The notes beneath the pieces are model-generated. The model did no database searches, was not told the DNA's origin, and saw nothing but the letters and a program-made list of their open reading frames with translations. A DNA stretch of 64,000 nucleotides from Pavona decussata (lineage: Eukaryota): the NCBI GenBank assembly GCA_977016875.1, contig CDRNST010000205.1:62001-126000 (forward strand), given 5' to 3'. Both the position numbers and the translations under genes were made by a program. Shown piece by piece: positions 24,642 to 38,160 of the stretch (its first letter is position 1; the number at the start of each line of letters is the position of its first letter).

Positions 24642-26159
24642 GTAATAATTATCATCATCATCGTCACTAGCTATATATTGATTTATGTATTTATTCATTT
24701 ATTCTTTATTATTTTGCTTTTCGCAGGTACTCGAGTATTCACGCAAGAAAAACGAACTTGTGATGACGGATATATATCATAAGAAGAAACCAAGAATCCA
24801 TATGGATTAGCTACATATAAACCAGGATTCAAAACAGGTATACTATTCTTATTTTAGTGCTGCTTTCAACCGAGCCCGGGAAATTTAGACACCTCAGCTT
24901 AAACTAAGGCAACTAACAACCCCCAAGATCTTTATTAACCAATATTTTTTACCTTTTTAGGTTGACCTTCACGAAAATGGGCTACTTTCCACAACACTTT
25001 TAAGGTAAATATTAGAGGTCAGTATTAATATTTTGTGGAGAACAACCTCTAAATCACTGTATCGTAAGTGTCCAATACACTGCAGGAGGGAGGAATAACG
25101 AAAAGTCTTTTCAAAATAACCACTCGCGGCTGGACAGGCCAAACACTAAGCCAACGGCACGTATTTACCTAGCACAGTAAGTTTAAGACTGCAACATCTC
25201 TTTCGACAGAACCAAACTCTAAGCTATGACTAAAAAATACTATCAAATACGGAAAGGTGGCCAATAGTTGCCAACCACATGACCCCAAGCTGGGTGGAGG
25301 GTTTCGCGCGCTCCACTTGGTGCTTGTCTTACTTTCGCGCTTCCCGAGGCCCGTATAGTTGTGATGATCAACCCATCCCGGTCTGCCGTATGCACTCAGC
25401 AGGCATTGCACACAGGTACAGTAGTCAACTCTGTTGAATACAGGCCGGGTTATACCGGCAACTAACTGTACCGTGATCTGTTAGGGTGACAGGCAATATA
25501 CTGGGTCGCTGTGTGAGAGTTCATGGCTGGTTCCAGAGGACCGTCTGTAGTCAAGCGGGGGTCACAATTTTTTCAATTTTCGCGGAAACCAAATTACCTA
25601 AGCATTAGTTTTAAATTCATCTTGCGGTTCCTGAGAAGGAGATGTTGCTTTGCAGTAGAAGGGAATATTAAAACCATTATTTATGGAACACGGGATATGC
25701 AGAAAAATGTGATACAGTTCAAGTGGCTTCACTTAAAAAGCCAGGATGTTAACCAAAACGAGTTTCGTTATGACGTAGAAGCCGTTCTCGACTGACTGGG
25801 CTATGGAGCCCCATGTTTTACTAACAGCTGTGTTTACAGATTATAGATATGTTGAGGGATATCTAACGCTTCACAGGTATGTCTACCAAAATTAATAAAA
25901 CTAGTTAAGCAGCTGCAAGAGTCTTAATCAGTAATATTGAATTTCCTTTACAAGTTTCCTGGGTTAATGTCGACATAATCTTAGGAAATACGAATCACAT
26001 TAACTCCCAAAAATGAAATTGAACTACGGAAAATTATTGTACTATGCAAAAGAAAAAAAAAAAGAAAAAAAATTTAAAAAGATCAAATAGCTCAAGTAAA
26101 AAATAAAAGGCAACGTTATATTAAGAATTATGTATTATACAGTCAAAGACACAGAACTG

Positions 26160-29100
26160 TACTCGAAAAAAGGATACCCGAGGGGCCCTAGTAAGTCGGT
26201 CGACTCTAACACATTCCGATTTATAGTTCGATGCTCTACAACAGGGCTACGTGTGATTAAATCTGATGGTGTACTGTAATCCTGGTGAATGAAAGGCAAT
26301 GATATATTATTCAGTGAAAGACATCAACACTGACGTATACTCAGAAACAGGATATCCGAGTCCACCTGTAAGATTTCGAACTGAAGCCCTTCCGATTACT
26401 CAGGACACTGTGCTACACTCAGAAACAGGATATCCGAATCCTCCTATGAGGAATCGCACTTAAGCCCCTCCGATTACCTGTTCGGAAGCTCCACCAAAGA
26501 GCTACATATGACTAAATCTGATGGTATACCATAATCCTGGTGAATGAATAGCAATGATATATTATTCAGTGAAAGACATCCACACTGACCTATACTCGGA
26601 AAAAGGATATCCGAGTTCACCTGTATGGAGAGCACCAAAAGCCCTCCCGATTACTGACACAGAGGAACACTCGGAAATAGGATATCCGAGCCCTCCTATA
26701 AGGAGTCGAACAGAAGCCCTTCACATTACTGACACTGAGCAACACCCGAAAACAGGATATCCGAGTCCTCCTATATAAGGAATACAAATAAAGCCCCTCA
26801 GATTACTGACAATGAGCAACACTCGGAAATAGGATATCCGAGTCCTCTTTATAAGGAGTCGACCACAAGCCCTTCCGATTACCGACACTGACCAACACTC
26901 GGAAATAGGATGTCCAAGTCCTCCTATAAGGGATCGAACAGAAGCCCTTCACATTACTGACACTGAGCAACACTCGGAAACAGGATATCCGAGTTCTCCT
27001 ATATAAGAAATACAACTAAAGCCCTTCCGATTACTGACTCTGAGGAACACTCGGAAATAGGATATCCGAGTCCTCTTTCTAAGGAGTCGAACAGAAGCCC
27101 TTCAGATTACTGACACTGAGCAATACTCCGAAACAGGATATCTGAGTCCTCCTATAAGGAGTGGAAAAAAAGCCCTTCCGATTACTGACATGGACCAACA
27201 CTCCGAAACAGGTCATCCGAGTCCTCCTATACGGAGTCGAACAGAAGCCATTCCGATTACTGACACTGAGCAACACTCGGAAACAGGATATCCGAGTCCA
27301 CTTTAGAAGGAGTCGAAAAAAAGCCCTTCCGATTACTGACACGAAACAACACTCGGAAATAGGGTATCCGAGTCCTTCTATAAGAAGTCGTAAAAAAGCC
27401 CTTCAGATTACTGACACGAAGCAACCCTCGGAAATAGAATATCCGAGTCCTCCTATAAGGAGTCGAAAAAAGCCCTTCCTCTTACTGACAGGGAGCAACA
27501 CTTGGAAATAGAATATCCGAGTCCTCCTATCAGGAGTCAAAAAAAGCCATTCCGATTACTGACACGCAGCAACACTTGGAAATAGAATAACCGAGTCCTC
27601 CTATAAGGAGTCGAAAAAAAGTCCTTCCTATTACAGACACGGAGCAACACTTGGAAATAAGATATCCGAGTCCTCCTATAAGGAGTCGAGAAAAAGCCCT
27701 TGCGATTACTGACACGAAGGAACACTCGGAAGTAGGATATCCCTCTTACTGAAACGGAGCAACACTTGGAATTAGAATATCCGAGTCCTGCTATAAGGAG
27801 TCGAAAAAAGCCCTTCCGATTACTGACACGAAGCAACACTCAGAAATAGGATTTCCGAGTCCTCCTAGAAGGAGTCCAAAAGAAGCTCTTCCGATTATTG
27901 AAACGGAGCAACACTTTGAAATGGGATATCCGAGTCCTCCTATAAGGAGTCGAAAAAAAGCCCGTCCAATTACTGACACGGAGCAACACTTGGAAATAGG
28001 ATATCTGAGTCCTCCTATAAGGAGTGGAAAAAAGGCCTTTGCGATGGGTAGTTCGGACGCCAGTTTACAATTCAGCTACATGTGTTTAGATCTCATGGTA
28101 TACTTTAATCCTGGTGATTAAATGGCAATGATGTATTATTATTCAGCAAAATGACACTGAGATATAGGTTGAAGCGGAATATCCAAGTCCTCCTATGTGT
28201 TTAAATCTGATGATATACTAGATCCTGGTTAATGAATGAGAATAATGTGTTATTCAATGAAATGACACTGAGCTATACTCGGAAACAAGATAACCGCGAG
28301 CCCTCCTATAAGGAGTCTAACCTAAGCACTTCCAATTACTAATCCACATGCTTTACCACAGAGGTACATGTGATTAAATCTGATGTTTTTCTGTAATCCC
28401 GATGAATGAATGAGAATGAACTGTTCTTGGAATCAGAATATCCGAGTCCTTCTTTGAGGAGTCGAATTTAAGCCCATCCGACTACTTGTTCGGATACTCT
28501 ACCACAGAGCTCCATATCATTAAATCGTATAATTTAATCCTGGTGAATGATGTATTGTTCAGTGAATGACACTGAGCTATACTCGAAAATCCTCCTATGA
28601 GGATTCGAACCTAAGACCTTCCGATTACTAGTTCGGATGCTTTACTACTGAGCCACAAGAGACGTGTGGGAGCAAAAGGACATGATACTTCGTAGGTTCA
28701 TGGGACAAACCCCCTGCATACTGCTTGGTTTTGAATATTTTAAGCCTGGTGATTGAATGAGAATAATGTATTCTTTAGCGAATAATGTCCCTGAGGCACT
28801 TTCGGTAAAAGAAAATCCGAGTGCTCCTATGAGGAGTTGAACCTAAGACGATTACTAGTTCGGATGCTCTACCACAGAGCTAAATGTGAGTAAAGGTGAT
28901 GGTTTTCCATAAGCCTTGTGAATGAATGAAAATGATGTATTTATTCAGTGAAAGAGACTGAGGCATACTCTGAAAGAGAACATCTGAGTCCTCCTATGAG
29001 AAATGGAGCCGATTTCTACGTTGAAATTCTCTACTACTGAGCTATACAGGAGACGCGCAGGAGCTAAGGCTATTAAACTACTGTAGTAAAAGTTGGACAA

Positions 29101-29220
29101 ACAGCCTGTATACTGCTTTGGATTTGAATGTCAATGTGTGGCATATGCGCAATGGAATAAATATGATGGTATACTTTAAGCCGCGCTTGTGATTGAATAA
29201 GAATGATGTATTATCAGTGA
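26160..29220 (-). mobile_element. Cluster of tandem, degenerate tRNA-derived SINE copies enclosing the minisatellite
   Basis: Reverse complement at 28601-28655 reads GCTCAGTAGTAAAGCATCCGAACTAGTAATCGGAAGGTCTTAGGTTCGAATCC (A and B boxes). Similar copies occur near 26200, 26450, 28310, 28460, 28835 and 29000. Confidence 0.7.
26590..28040. repeat. Tandem minisatellite, about 75-76-bp unit, about 19 copies, SINE-derived
   Basis: Unit approximately ccttccgattactgacacggagcaacactcggaaataggatatccgagtcctcctataaggagtcgaaaaaaagc. The ttactgac motif recurs about every 75-76 nt. Confidence 0.92.
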
Positions 29221-29969
29221 GTGACTCATTTCGTCCGCATTCCAGCTTGGGACACAAGTATGGAAAGCCGTACTTTCGTTAGTCGATTACTTTGTAATTC
29301 TTGCATTCCTTTGCACTGTCACTAAGTACCCGAAATATTAAGGCAGCAGCAAGGCTTTTAATGGAAGGAAACGATAAACTGTAATAGCTAAATAGCATTA
29401 AATACGGGAAAGTGTAAAATAGTTGCCAATCACGTGACTTCAAACTGGGTAGATATATTCAAAAAAGAGTTTCAAACAGTTTCTTCACCCATCTGAGTTA
29501 TCAAGCCCGGAGCTGGTTAAACAGCACGTTTCTTGCTCTTTTTTCTTCTGCACCTCTTTTATTTGTTGCCATAGGAATGAAAGTCTGTTAACTGTTAACG
29601 ATCAAGTATACACACGTTCGTAATTTACTGACACAATTTTAGATTTGCAAGGTGTGTTGCTATGGTTTGCTGTCATCTTCCGGCCGTTGAGTTGACCATA
29701 GATCTGCGCTGTGTGCCCTGGACTTTCGTTTTCTGAGCGGTACATTTTCTTAGCTTGTTGAACTGGTTATTCAACCAAACAGTTTCTTGTAGTTCTTGAG
29801 TTGGTAGTTCCCATTCTGAAGTGTGATCAATGAATACAAGCCTATCAGTCTCATGGAATTTTTTTAAAAAAAGTATCAAATTCTCTTACTGTATTCACAG
29901 TATATCCTCACTTAATTCTTCTTTAACCGCCCTATTAAAATGGGAACTTTATTGGAAAAATATAGACTA

Positions 29970-30503
29970 CCGTATTTACTCGAATAAGCGCCGCCCCCGA
30001 ACAAGCGCCGCCCTCGATTAAGCGCCGCACATGAAGCGGAATGGTTAATAAGCGCCGCCCTCGAATAAGCGCCGCAGCACCGGTGCGGCGATTATTTGAG
30101 TATTTCCATAAGATGATAAAAATACACTGTAATCGCTGCAATGCGGTTCTAAGCCAACAATGGGGATTTATTTTCATCAATAGTGATGTTTTCAGTTGGA
30201 AGTGAGTATATCTTGATGCTCTTTCAGTTAGTTCTCTCTTCAAAATGTTCGCGTTCTTCAGTTCTTGCGTGAAGGCTGTAAACTTTGCCGGTAAGAGAAG
30301 CCCAACCTCCCTCTTTCTTTTCCCTGTAACTGTTGCAGTAAGGAGATTGTCAGCGTTTGCTTGTACAATCAAAATGTTTTGGCTTTGTGGTATGAGCCTT
30401 TTAATAAGCGCCGCCCTCAAATAAGCGCCGCCCTCGAATAAGCGCCGCACAGGAGACACGAAAAATTAAGTAAGCGCCGCGGCGCTTATTCGAGTAAATA
30501 CGG
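29970..30503. mobile_element. Tc1/pogo-type MITE, TA TSD
   Basis: TA-CCGTATTTACTCGAATAAGCGCCGC ... GCGGCGCTTATTCGAGTAAATACGG-TA: perfect 25-bp TIRs and taagcgccgc repeats. Confidence 0.9.
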
Positions 30504-30797
30504 TATTATCCTCCTTTTTAGGAAAGACTACTCCAGATAGACTACCTCAACTATCCGCGGAGTTACTATCATAGAAACACGAGGGAAAGCTGACGAAGGA
30601 TGGATGAATGTTTTCTTCTAATGTGAACTATCATGAAGGAGCAGTAGTAAGCGGTTATCGCCATCGGCTCTTTCTTGAAGGTTAGTTGGGGTAGTGTACT
30701 TCCTCACTTATTTAACTATAAGGCATGCGCAGCACAAAAGAGTCTGACTCTTGTTTCATTAGATTTTGAGAAGAGTATTATAGCAAGCCAGTAGATA

Positions 30798-31394
30798 CCG
30801 CGTATTTTCTCGATTAAAGGTCTCCGGTGTTTATTACGAAATCAGCAGTTTTGGTCCCGCCCTTGAAAACCGGCGTTCCTGAATCGAGGTCCGGCGTTTA
30901 TTGATAAAATGTAGTCTTCTGACATTTTTTCAGGCCAATTTCTTATTACCATCCTCGGAGACCCAGGGGCAGTTTGCCATGACGCAGACGGCGCGTTTAT
31001 GTTGCAATCAAGATTTGTAACAAACAGAATATAAACAAGAAGGACCTTCAAGGCACAGCTGTCTTGAAAGAACTTCGGCCTGGGAAAGCTTCCCAAAGGA
31101 CGCATATAACAAGAAGGGACGTTTTTAGTAATACGACACGAACGAGCATTGCTATGTTTTATTTTGTTGTACAACATCCATCCTAGCTATATTACGTCAG
31201 TTTTCTTTGAACGTTTATTGAAATTAATAAAGCAGCATGAAGTACTAGTATGTTGTAGCAGTGCTATTCAAGAGAATATACTAGACCGCAAATAAACGCA
31301 GGGACCTCGATCAAACGCTCCCGGTGTTTATTTAAAAATTAGCAGTTTTGACCCGACGTTTATACGAGGCCGGCGTTAAATTGAGAAAATACGG
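30798..31394. mobile_element. Degenerate pogo-like MITE
   Basis: CGTATTTTCTCgATT ... AATTGAGAAAATACG termini, with ccggcgttta/ccggtgttta repeats. Confidence 0.55.
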
Positions 31395-34300
31395 GGATAA
31401 TTTTAGTTTTAAAAGAGGTTTGTGTTCCATTGAGCTAGTATTGGAGTAGGGTAGAGACTTGTGCCGTTTTTCGTCTCAATTGGGAGAGGGTATGGAAAAT
31501 GGTCTAAAATAGTTTCATGGTTTGGCAGAACATGTTTGTAAGAAATGAGATGTTGTATTTGAAGCCTGGTGAATAAATGAATATTAATGTTTCAGTCAGT
31601 GACACAGGCCTACTATCAGTCTAAAAAAACTCTTGATTGTCTTACGCTCCTAAGCTGTAGCAATAAAGTTCAACGTTAATGGATGTACCAATGCATTAAT
31701 TATCAATCAACAATTATCAGACTTACAATCAATTCCGATTCTGCTTCTTTCCTTTTAGGGTGTTTTCTGTGGTTGAAGTCTCACGAAGTTTTAGTTTATC
31801 CGGGTGAAAACTGAACAGCAACATTCTTCAGCCAGCCTTCACTCTACATCCTTGGTTAAGAATCAACACCGAATGTCTTTAAATCTCAAGACGAAAATGG
31901 CGTAGCCTGAACTGAACAGGGACATTCCATAACCAGATTCCCATCACTGCGAAATAACATTGCGGAAAGACCACCGAGTGGTTATTACGACTGCTACGAT
32001 TACTTTTGCCGTGAGACGCGGTTTGGCTACAGCGACAGTGAGCAAACATTGATAAAGGGACTTTTTTTCCTCTTTGAAAATGAAACAACTTTAGTTACTT
32101 TACTATACAGTAGATCTATAGGTGAAACTTTTGGATGTAATACCGCGTCAGTGGCCTGACAACAGTTTGTGCCTCGATCATTCGTTAGCACCCTGAATTC
32201 GCGTAAGCATTTCGTGAATGTAAAAAGGAAGGCCCTTTTATTTGGCGGAATTAGTGTAATTTCCTGGACCCATTTTCCTGCATCTCACTGAACGTAGGAT
32301 TTAACGTTAACCCATGTTTTACAATGATCTCGTGAATCAATAAGCGTTTTCACCACTAGATTTAGTTCGTCTTAGGCCACCAATTTTTCGACTGAGATAA
32401 TTCAAAACATAAAATGAAGGGCAAGAAAATGTTTACAGGAATCCTCATTATTTAAGTTTAAACACTAAATTTTAAAGGAATTAAAATGAAATAAACATTA
32501 AATTAAAACTAAAACTGAAAAGTAAAATAAAATTAATAATTTAAAACTAATTTTAAAATTAAAATGCCCATTTATCCCGCGGAGCCTGGCACACCTTAGT
32601 ATATTAATGGTTCTTTTAAGTATGGGGTATTAAAGTTTATTAATGTGGATTCCTGTAAAATTTGGTTGTCCTTTGTCTTGCTGATTTTGCTAACTTGTTA
32701 AATGCTGCACCAGTTAAAAAATTAACTGCGCTGGCCTATTTCCGGAAAATTCAGTCAGCCTATGAACTCGTTGATTTCAGTTATAGTGACACTTCAAAGA
32801 GTTTCGGTTGTTGTTACTCACGAGAAATTATATGTACGTAGAGCTATACAACTAAAATAGAATAATGTACTTGTGAACTTTCGCGATATTATTCGGTGTA
32901 AGGTAGATGTGCAACATAGTAAATGAGAATGATTTTAAAATTAATAAAAATGTTTTCGACCACTGTAACTTGAGTAGCAGTCATTTCCGGGAGCACACAT
33001 GCGATCAGTCAATATCAAATAAAATGCAGCTATTTAGCAACAGTAGTCTGCTGAACAGGCGTTATTTATTTATTTATTTTAATTTTTTTGGCGTTTTTCA
33101 AGCGAACGGCAAGCTTGCCTCTGCTCGCTTGAATAACGCAAAACAAAAAACATTAGAATAAAATAACGCCCGTTTTGCAGACTATAGCTTGCCTGTGGAA
33201 CGTATTTTCCTGTGGATTCTTCTTGTGCCAGTTTTGAAATTAAATAGTCCATACGCCCTGGCTTCTGATCGCTTTCCTTTGCTCTCCGGAATGACTGTAA
33301 CGCAGGTTACACCAGCCTCGTCTTATGTTGTTCTATTATTTAATATCTTTAAAAATAACGACATTCGAAGGCCAGCGATGTTCAATTTTGATGTTGGACA
33401 AATTGTAAAGATTGGATGCAACGAGAGCAGAAATGAAAAGAGGTTGTGTTTGATCTAAGCCCTCGTCCAAGCTAAATGATTTGCCTCTGAGTCAATTATA
33501 GTTAGTGGACGTCCAACACCAAATTCTAACACGTTCCCATTCGGACAATCTGTTGATCTATTTAACGGGATATGTCGCCTGGGATTTAAATTTAAAGTGT
33601 TTTTCAGCGGAAAGTAAATACTTCTTCTCATTTGCGAAATGCTTGTAGAACACAAATGGAGACAAATCAAGTGATTTTCTCAAAGGGAGGACAAACCATT
33701 ATCCGCTTTTTATCAACTGCTCAAAACACAGGGGAAGGACTAAAAAAATTGGCCTTTTTTATGTTGCAATCTCACTTAAATATACGTTTTAGTACACTAG
33801 TATGATAACTTTTTTCCATCGGTGTAAGAGTTTATTAGTTATAAATCTCACAAAACTAAAATTGAAAACGACGCAACAAACGTTTTTAACCATCCGAAAG
33901 CAACGGCTACCCTATAGTAGCGACCCCTTTGGCCTACTAAATCCGTTACTTTCAGAATTCTGTGGTATTATGCAATGATTTTTGCAGATATTGCATAATA
34001 GTTTCAGTCTTGTAATTGTTTTAATAAGTGTTTCCCACCTACCTTCAGTTCCACTTGTCAAATGAGTTTGAGAAGCTGCAGGGAAAGGACGCTGACTGTA
34101 ACTTGCTACTGAAGACTGACTTCCACCAAGATTGAAGGGTGTAAAATGCTTTTTCGACAGGTATATTGGGGGGGGGGGGGGGGGGGGTATCCCCCGGCTT
34201 TGTTCCTCATACATGAGCCAGACAAAGGGATTAGTTCCCTTCCATATAAGGTTCCTGGGTTTCTTTTTCATCTTGCGTTTATAACATTGAAAACACTCTT

Positions 34301-35984
34301 TTAATTAAAGTAGCGACACAAACTATAACAATCCGGACTATGCCTGTTTATTCATTTATATATTTATCTTTTTCTTACTTTCGCTATATACATTAGGTAA
34401 TTACTACTGAGACGACAAACACTTACAACGTGTCGCTAATATCTCATTGTAATAAGAAAATGCAAGATGATTCAGTTAAACCTTGCGTTTTTTACTTCTG
34501 AGAATTTGAAGATGCGTAGTGCAGATGCCTCAAATTTCCAAGGCCGAAAAGCCCTGGGAACAAGGTTGCAACAATACTGGCTAATAAATACGTACTTTTA
34601 CTGTAACTAGCTTCAACATTACAGTATGCTTATTAGTATACAAGCATTATGTCAATCAGAAGGTAAAAACTACTACCGTATGTAGTTTCGCTTGAATGAC
34701 AAATGCGTTTTAATGGGGGAAGGTAGGAAACTAGTTAACATTACCGGCCCCAAGTAACGTCATAGTCTGGATTCCCAAGAGCAAATTAAACTGAGGAATA
34801 ATGATCGAAATCAATACATGGTGTGGATGGGGCATTAAGTATCTTTTAGCTGAGATAAACAAAAAGGATAATTTCTAAGGAAAAGACAAACGAACTCTTT
34901 CAAAAACAAGAACTTTAAATATATAGTTCAGAAATTCATCGGCGGGTTATAAAGTAGATAAACCCCTCGCTGTCTTGTTGTTACGTCAAATGATGCTGTC
35001 CACGGCTGAAGGTGTCTTCAAATTTCACAGTGGCCCTTGAAGCTTTGCTTATCGGCCAACTGGTCATTTTTTTTTTTTTTTTTTTTGCAATATCATCCGA
35101 GGTTCTAGTGGCCTGCAGGTTGTATCCACTATTTAATTCAATTCAATTCTAATCTGAATTTGAAACTAAGACTACTCATTTCAACCACAATAATGCCTTT
35201 TTAACGTGATCTTCTGAAATATAGCTGCACTCCTGTTGATTCAAACATGCATAGCGTTCACATTTACAGCTCGTTTTCCTCCTGTAAATGAGTAGAGCTG
35301 AAATTTTCAGGTTTGTACTGTCCAGAAGTTAACTTGACACGTTGTGTAATGCATCGATTGTGTAGTCATTATTTCATATCATCTCCTCTCGAGTCACGTC
35401 AATGATGAACAAATTATGAATCAACACTCCTAAGTCCCACATGTCTTGTGTTGCTCCTTTCTGCACTCTTAGAGAGAAATGGTGCACATCTGGAATAGCA
35501 AGAATGAAACATTTTTAAAATGGAAATGAATCATAGAAAGTGATGCCCTGGTATAAGATAGCAATGGCGTGCTTGTAAATCTCTTTCTCTATTGCTTTCG
35601 ATTTCCTACAAAGTTTTTTGAATTGCTGTGTTTAAATCATACTGTACTGCGTACAAACTGCCTAAAATTAAAGCAAAAGAAAGTCTTCCTGCTTCCTGGT
35701 AAACTTAGTAAGCCAGCTGGTCTGTTCGAGGGCTACGAGTTCATGTCTCATCTACGAGTAGTTGTTTTCTTTATTTACCCTACAATGTTTTTAAAACTCA
35801 AACGTGCAAGGGGATATCTTTCATTATGCGCCTTAACTCAGTTAAGTGGAGTGAGGTTATCGATCAGTCAAGTCTCTCTACGGGCCACTTATCTCACTGG
35901 CATCATGCCGGAGCCTATCTTTGGTTTCCATAATCTTTAATCTTTAATCGGTATACTTCTAAAACAGTAAAATACAATACTAGA

Positions 35985-35987
35985 AGT

Positions 35988-36023
<36 letters not shown>

Positions 36024-36420
36024 ATGAATGAATAAATAAATAAATAATTCTGAAAGAAAACAGTAAATAATATACTAAAAAGATATAAGCTAAAATCCAC
36101 ATACATATATATACATCAATCGTTTCTACATTTCTGAAATAAAAGCTTTAAAACCATTCAACGAGTCAGGAATCACATGCAGGCAATGTTAAATTGTTCC
36201 AGATCCTAATTGACCTGGGGTAAAAGGAGAATTTAAATGTATCATTCAACGTGCAAGAAAGAATGGAGCGCAGTTAAGGAAGACGTGAAGCTCTTTTTAT
36301 GGGTGAGATCTCCACTGGTAAGGAGATGCCAACAAGACCTTTGTAGATAGAGCGGACTGACAAGGAGTATTACTAGTCCTCCCTTAATGGTATATCACAA
36401 CCTGTCGATACACCTTGAAA
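35985..36420 (-). mobile_element. 3' remnant of a LINE with (TTTA)n tail
   Basis: The minus strand encodes FKFSFYPRSIRIWNNL, a typical LINE ORF2 C-terminal motif, followed downstream by a (TATT)n tract at about 35990-36045. Confidence 0.65.
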
Positions 36421-37299
36421 TAATGTGAAAAAATGAGCCATGATCCGAGGACAGGAGTCGGGGTTGCCTCCCTGAATGTTGGTTGAGGATAAGTGTCACC
36501 CCAGCAAACCCAAACATAGTGCGCTCCGACTCAGTGATTTCCCTCCATGCAGTATCTAGTTTGCCCTAGGATTATCACTTTTTTTGTTTGTTTGTTGTTG
36601 TTTTTTGTCCAAGGGATCCAGAACGCCAAATAGCTTTACCCTATTTTACACTAGCAAGCAAAAGATATCTTAATCAGTTAACGGGAAGGGCATGAAGAAA
36701 AGAAAGCGCCTCACTAAACGACATTCGCCTCCCACCAATTGTTGCCGCGCGGGTTCGAATCCCAGGCTCGCCATGACATATGGAAGGAATTTCCTTAGGA
36801 GTTTTTGTTAGTTCTCTCTCCTTTTCGCGCCTCAAGGAATTTTACTTGAGCTCCTGGCTCTCCAGTTTTCCATCCCTCCCAAAACCTAACTTTTCCAAAT
36901 TCAATTATGAAGGACACCTATATATACCTTCTTCGATGCATTTCAGCGATAACTCCTCATAGATGTCCTGCAGATGTGCCTGTAGCACATTTAGGACAAC
37001 AGACCCTATTTGGTCATTTGATTTCCCCAGGAAGTAATCACTTGCTCGCGCGAAATGTTGCAGATCCTGCATAACTTGCACCTCAACAATCACTGACACA
37101 GAAGCACGTCTCCCTCGCGCTGTCCTCACGTTCCTGAAAACGTGTTTAAATGTTAACACGTCCAGCGTTAACCTGTGGAAATACTGCTGTTAGATTTCAA
37201 GGAATGTGTGGTTTCATTTATTAAATTCAACAGTTGTATATCAAGTCCAAAAGAACCGAAGGTATTACCAAGACCAAAAAGTTTCGTTAGCATAAACGC

Positions 37300-38160
37300 A
37301 CTTTTAGGATGACTCATACAGCAGCATAGCTGTAGGAACTGAAAAAAATGATTCCAAAAGTAGTAATACAACTACACCCATATTATTGGATGGACGAACT
37401 GTCTAGAAATACAGAGGAGTATTTCCAAAACTCACGTTTCCCTCGTCATATACTGATGATATCCCTCAAAACCTTCCAAAACAATCTCATATGGACCGGC
37501 GGTGTTTCTCAACAGAAGTTTTATAAAGACATACCGGGTAAGTTCAGTTTACCACCATCTGATCAGTAAAAAGCGGATTTGGAAAATACTTATTGGACTT
37601 AAAAGTTGTCGAGACTTTTGAGAGACGTGTCCCTGGGTCCTGAAGAAATGGATAGAGCTCTACGGAAACGTTTTGTTTCTTCAGAAGAATATAAAGGCCC
37701 TCCTTATTTTCTCTAGGTTTCTTTGGATTCTTGGTATTCGTGCCTACCATACTCGAGGCCGAAGGCCTTGGGGTCCCATGACAAAAGTCTTCCTGTTCCA
37801 GCAATAGAAGCTCGAAAAACCTCATTGCTTGTAAATATGATATGTTATAGGTTATTGACCGCAATGACAATCCGTCGCAATCAGCGTTTCTTGAGGCTTT
37901 CTATATTAAGAATTTAAAGTCTAGCATTAATGAGGGAATCAAAGCCTCTAAAGAATAAGACCTGGATTTTCTTTAATTGTATCATGTTCGTCTTTTAAAT
38001 TACTTCACCAGATCAATTCATTTCCTTGTTAATATGCCTGATTAGTCTTGATATATCAGCTGCCCATTTTTCAATATAATTATATGACTATGATTCTGTG
38101 ATAGAGCCGAAATATTGTAAAATTGTTCTCATTGTAATAAACCAAAACTTGGTTTTAAAA
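37300..38160 (+). mobile_element. Penelope-like retroelement remnant (RT C-terminus / GIY-YIG end)
   Basis: CFSTEVYK near 37500. VIDRNDNPSQSAFLEAFYIKNLKSSINEGIKASKE* at about 37851-37958 resembles the PLE endonuclease C-terminus. A degenerate ...tga...ccGAAATATTG motif follows near 38100. Confidence 0.6.

Noticed and set aside
19232-25876. Stop-codon readthrough or recoding (one stop per exon in one frame)
   Set aside because: About 6 stops in about 150 codons is compatible with non-coding AT-rich DNA, and neighbouring genes use TAA/TAG as normal stops.
26590-28040. CRISPR-like array (regular period, palindromic core)
   Set aside because: The whole unit is repeated with no unique spacers, there are no cas genes, the context is eukaryotic, and the unit derives from a SINE.
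26554-28121. Repetitive ORFs (GYPSPPIRSRKK...)
   Set aside because: These are translations of the minisatellite, with frequent frameshifts and no gene structure.
29935-30459. 174-aa ORF
   Set aside because: It lies within a MITE, is built partly from taagcgccgc repeats, and has no transposase motif.
33189-33458. ORF with hydrophobic N-terminus as a fourth peptide precursor
   Set aside because: It starts at TTG, has no EG|QL motif, and has no matching splice donor.
34960-35039. LAVLLLRQMMLSTAEG-VFKF leader-like text
   Set aside because: There is no upstream in-frame ATG, no Gln after EG, and an early stop.
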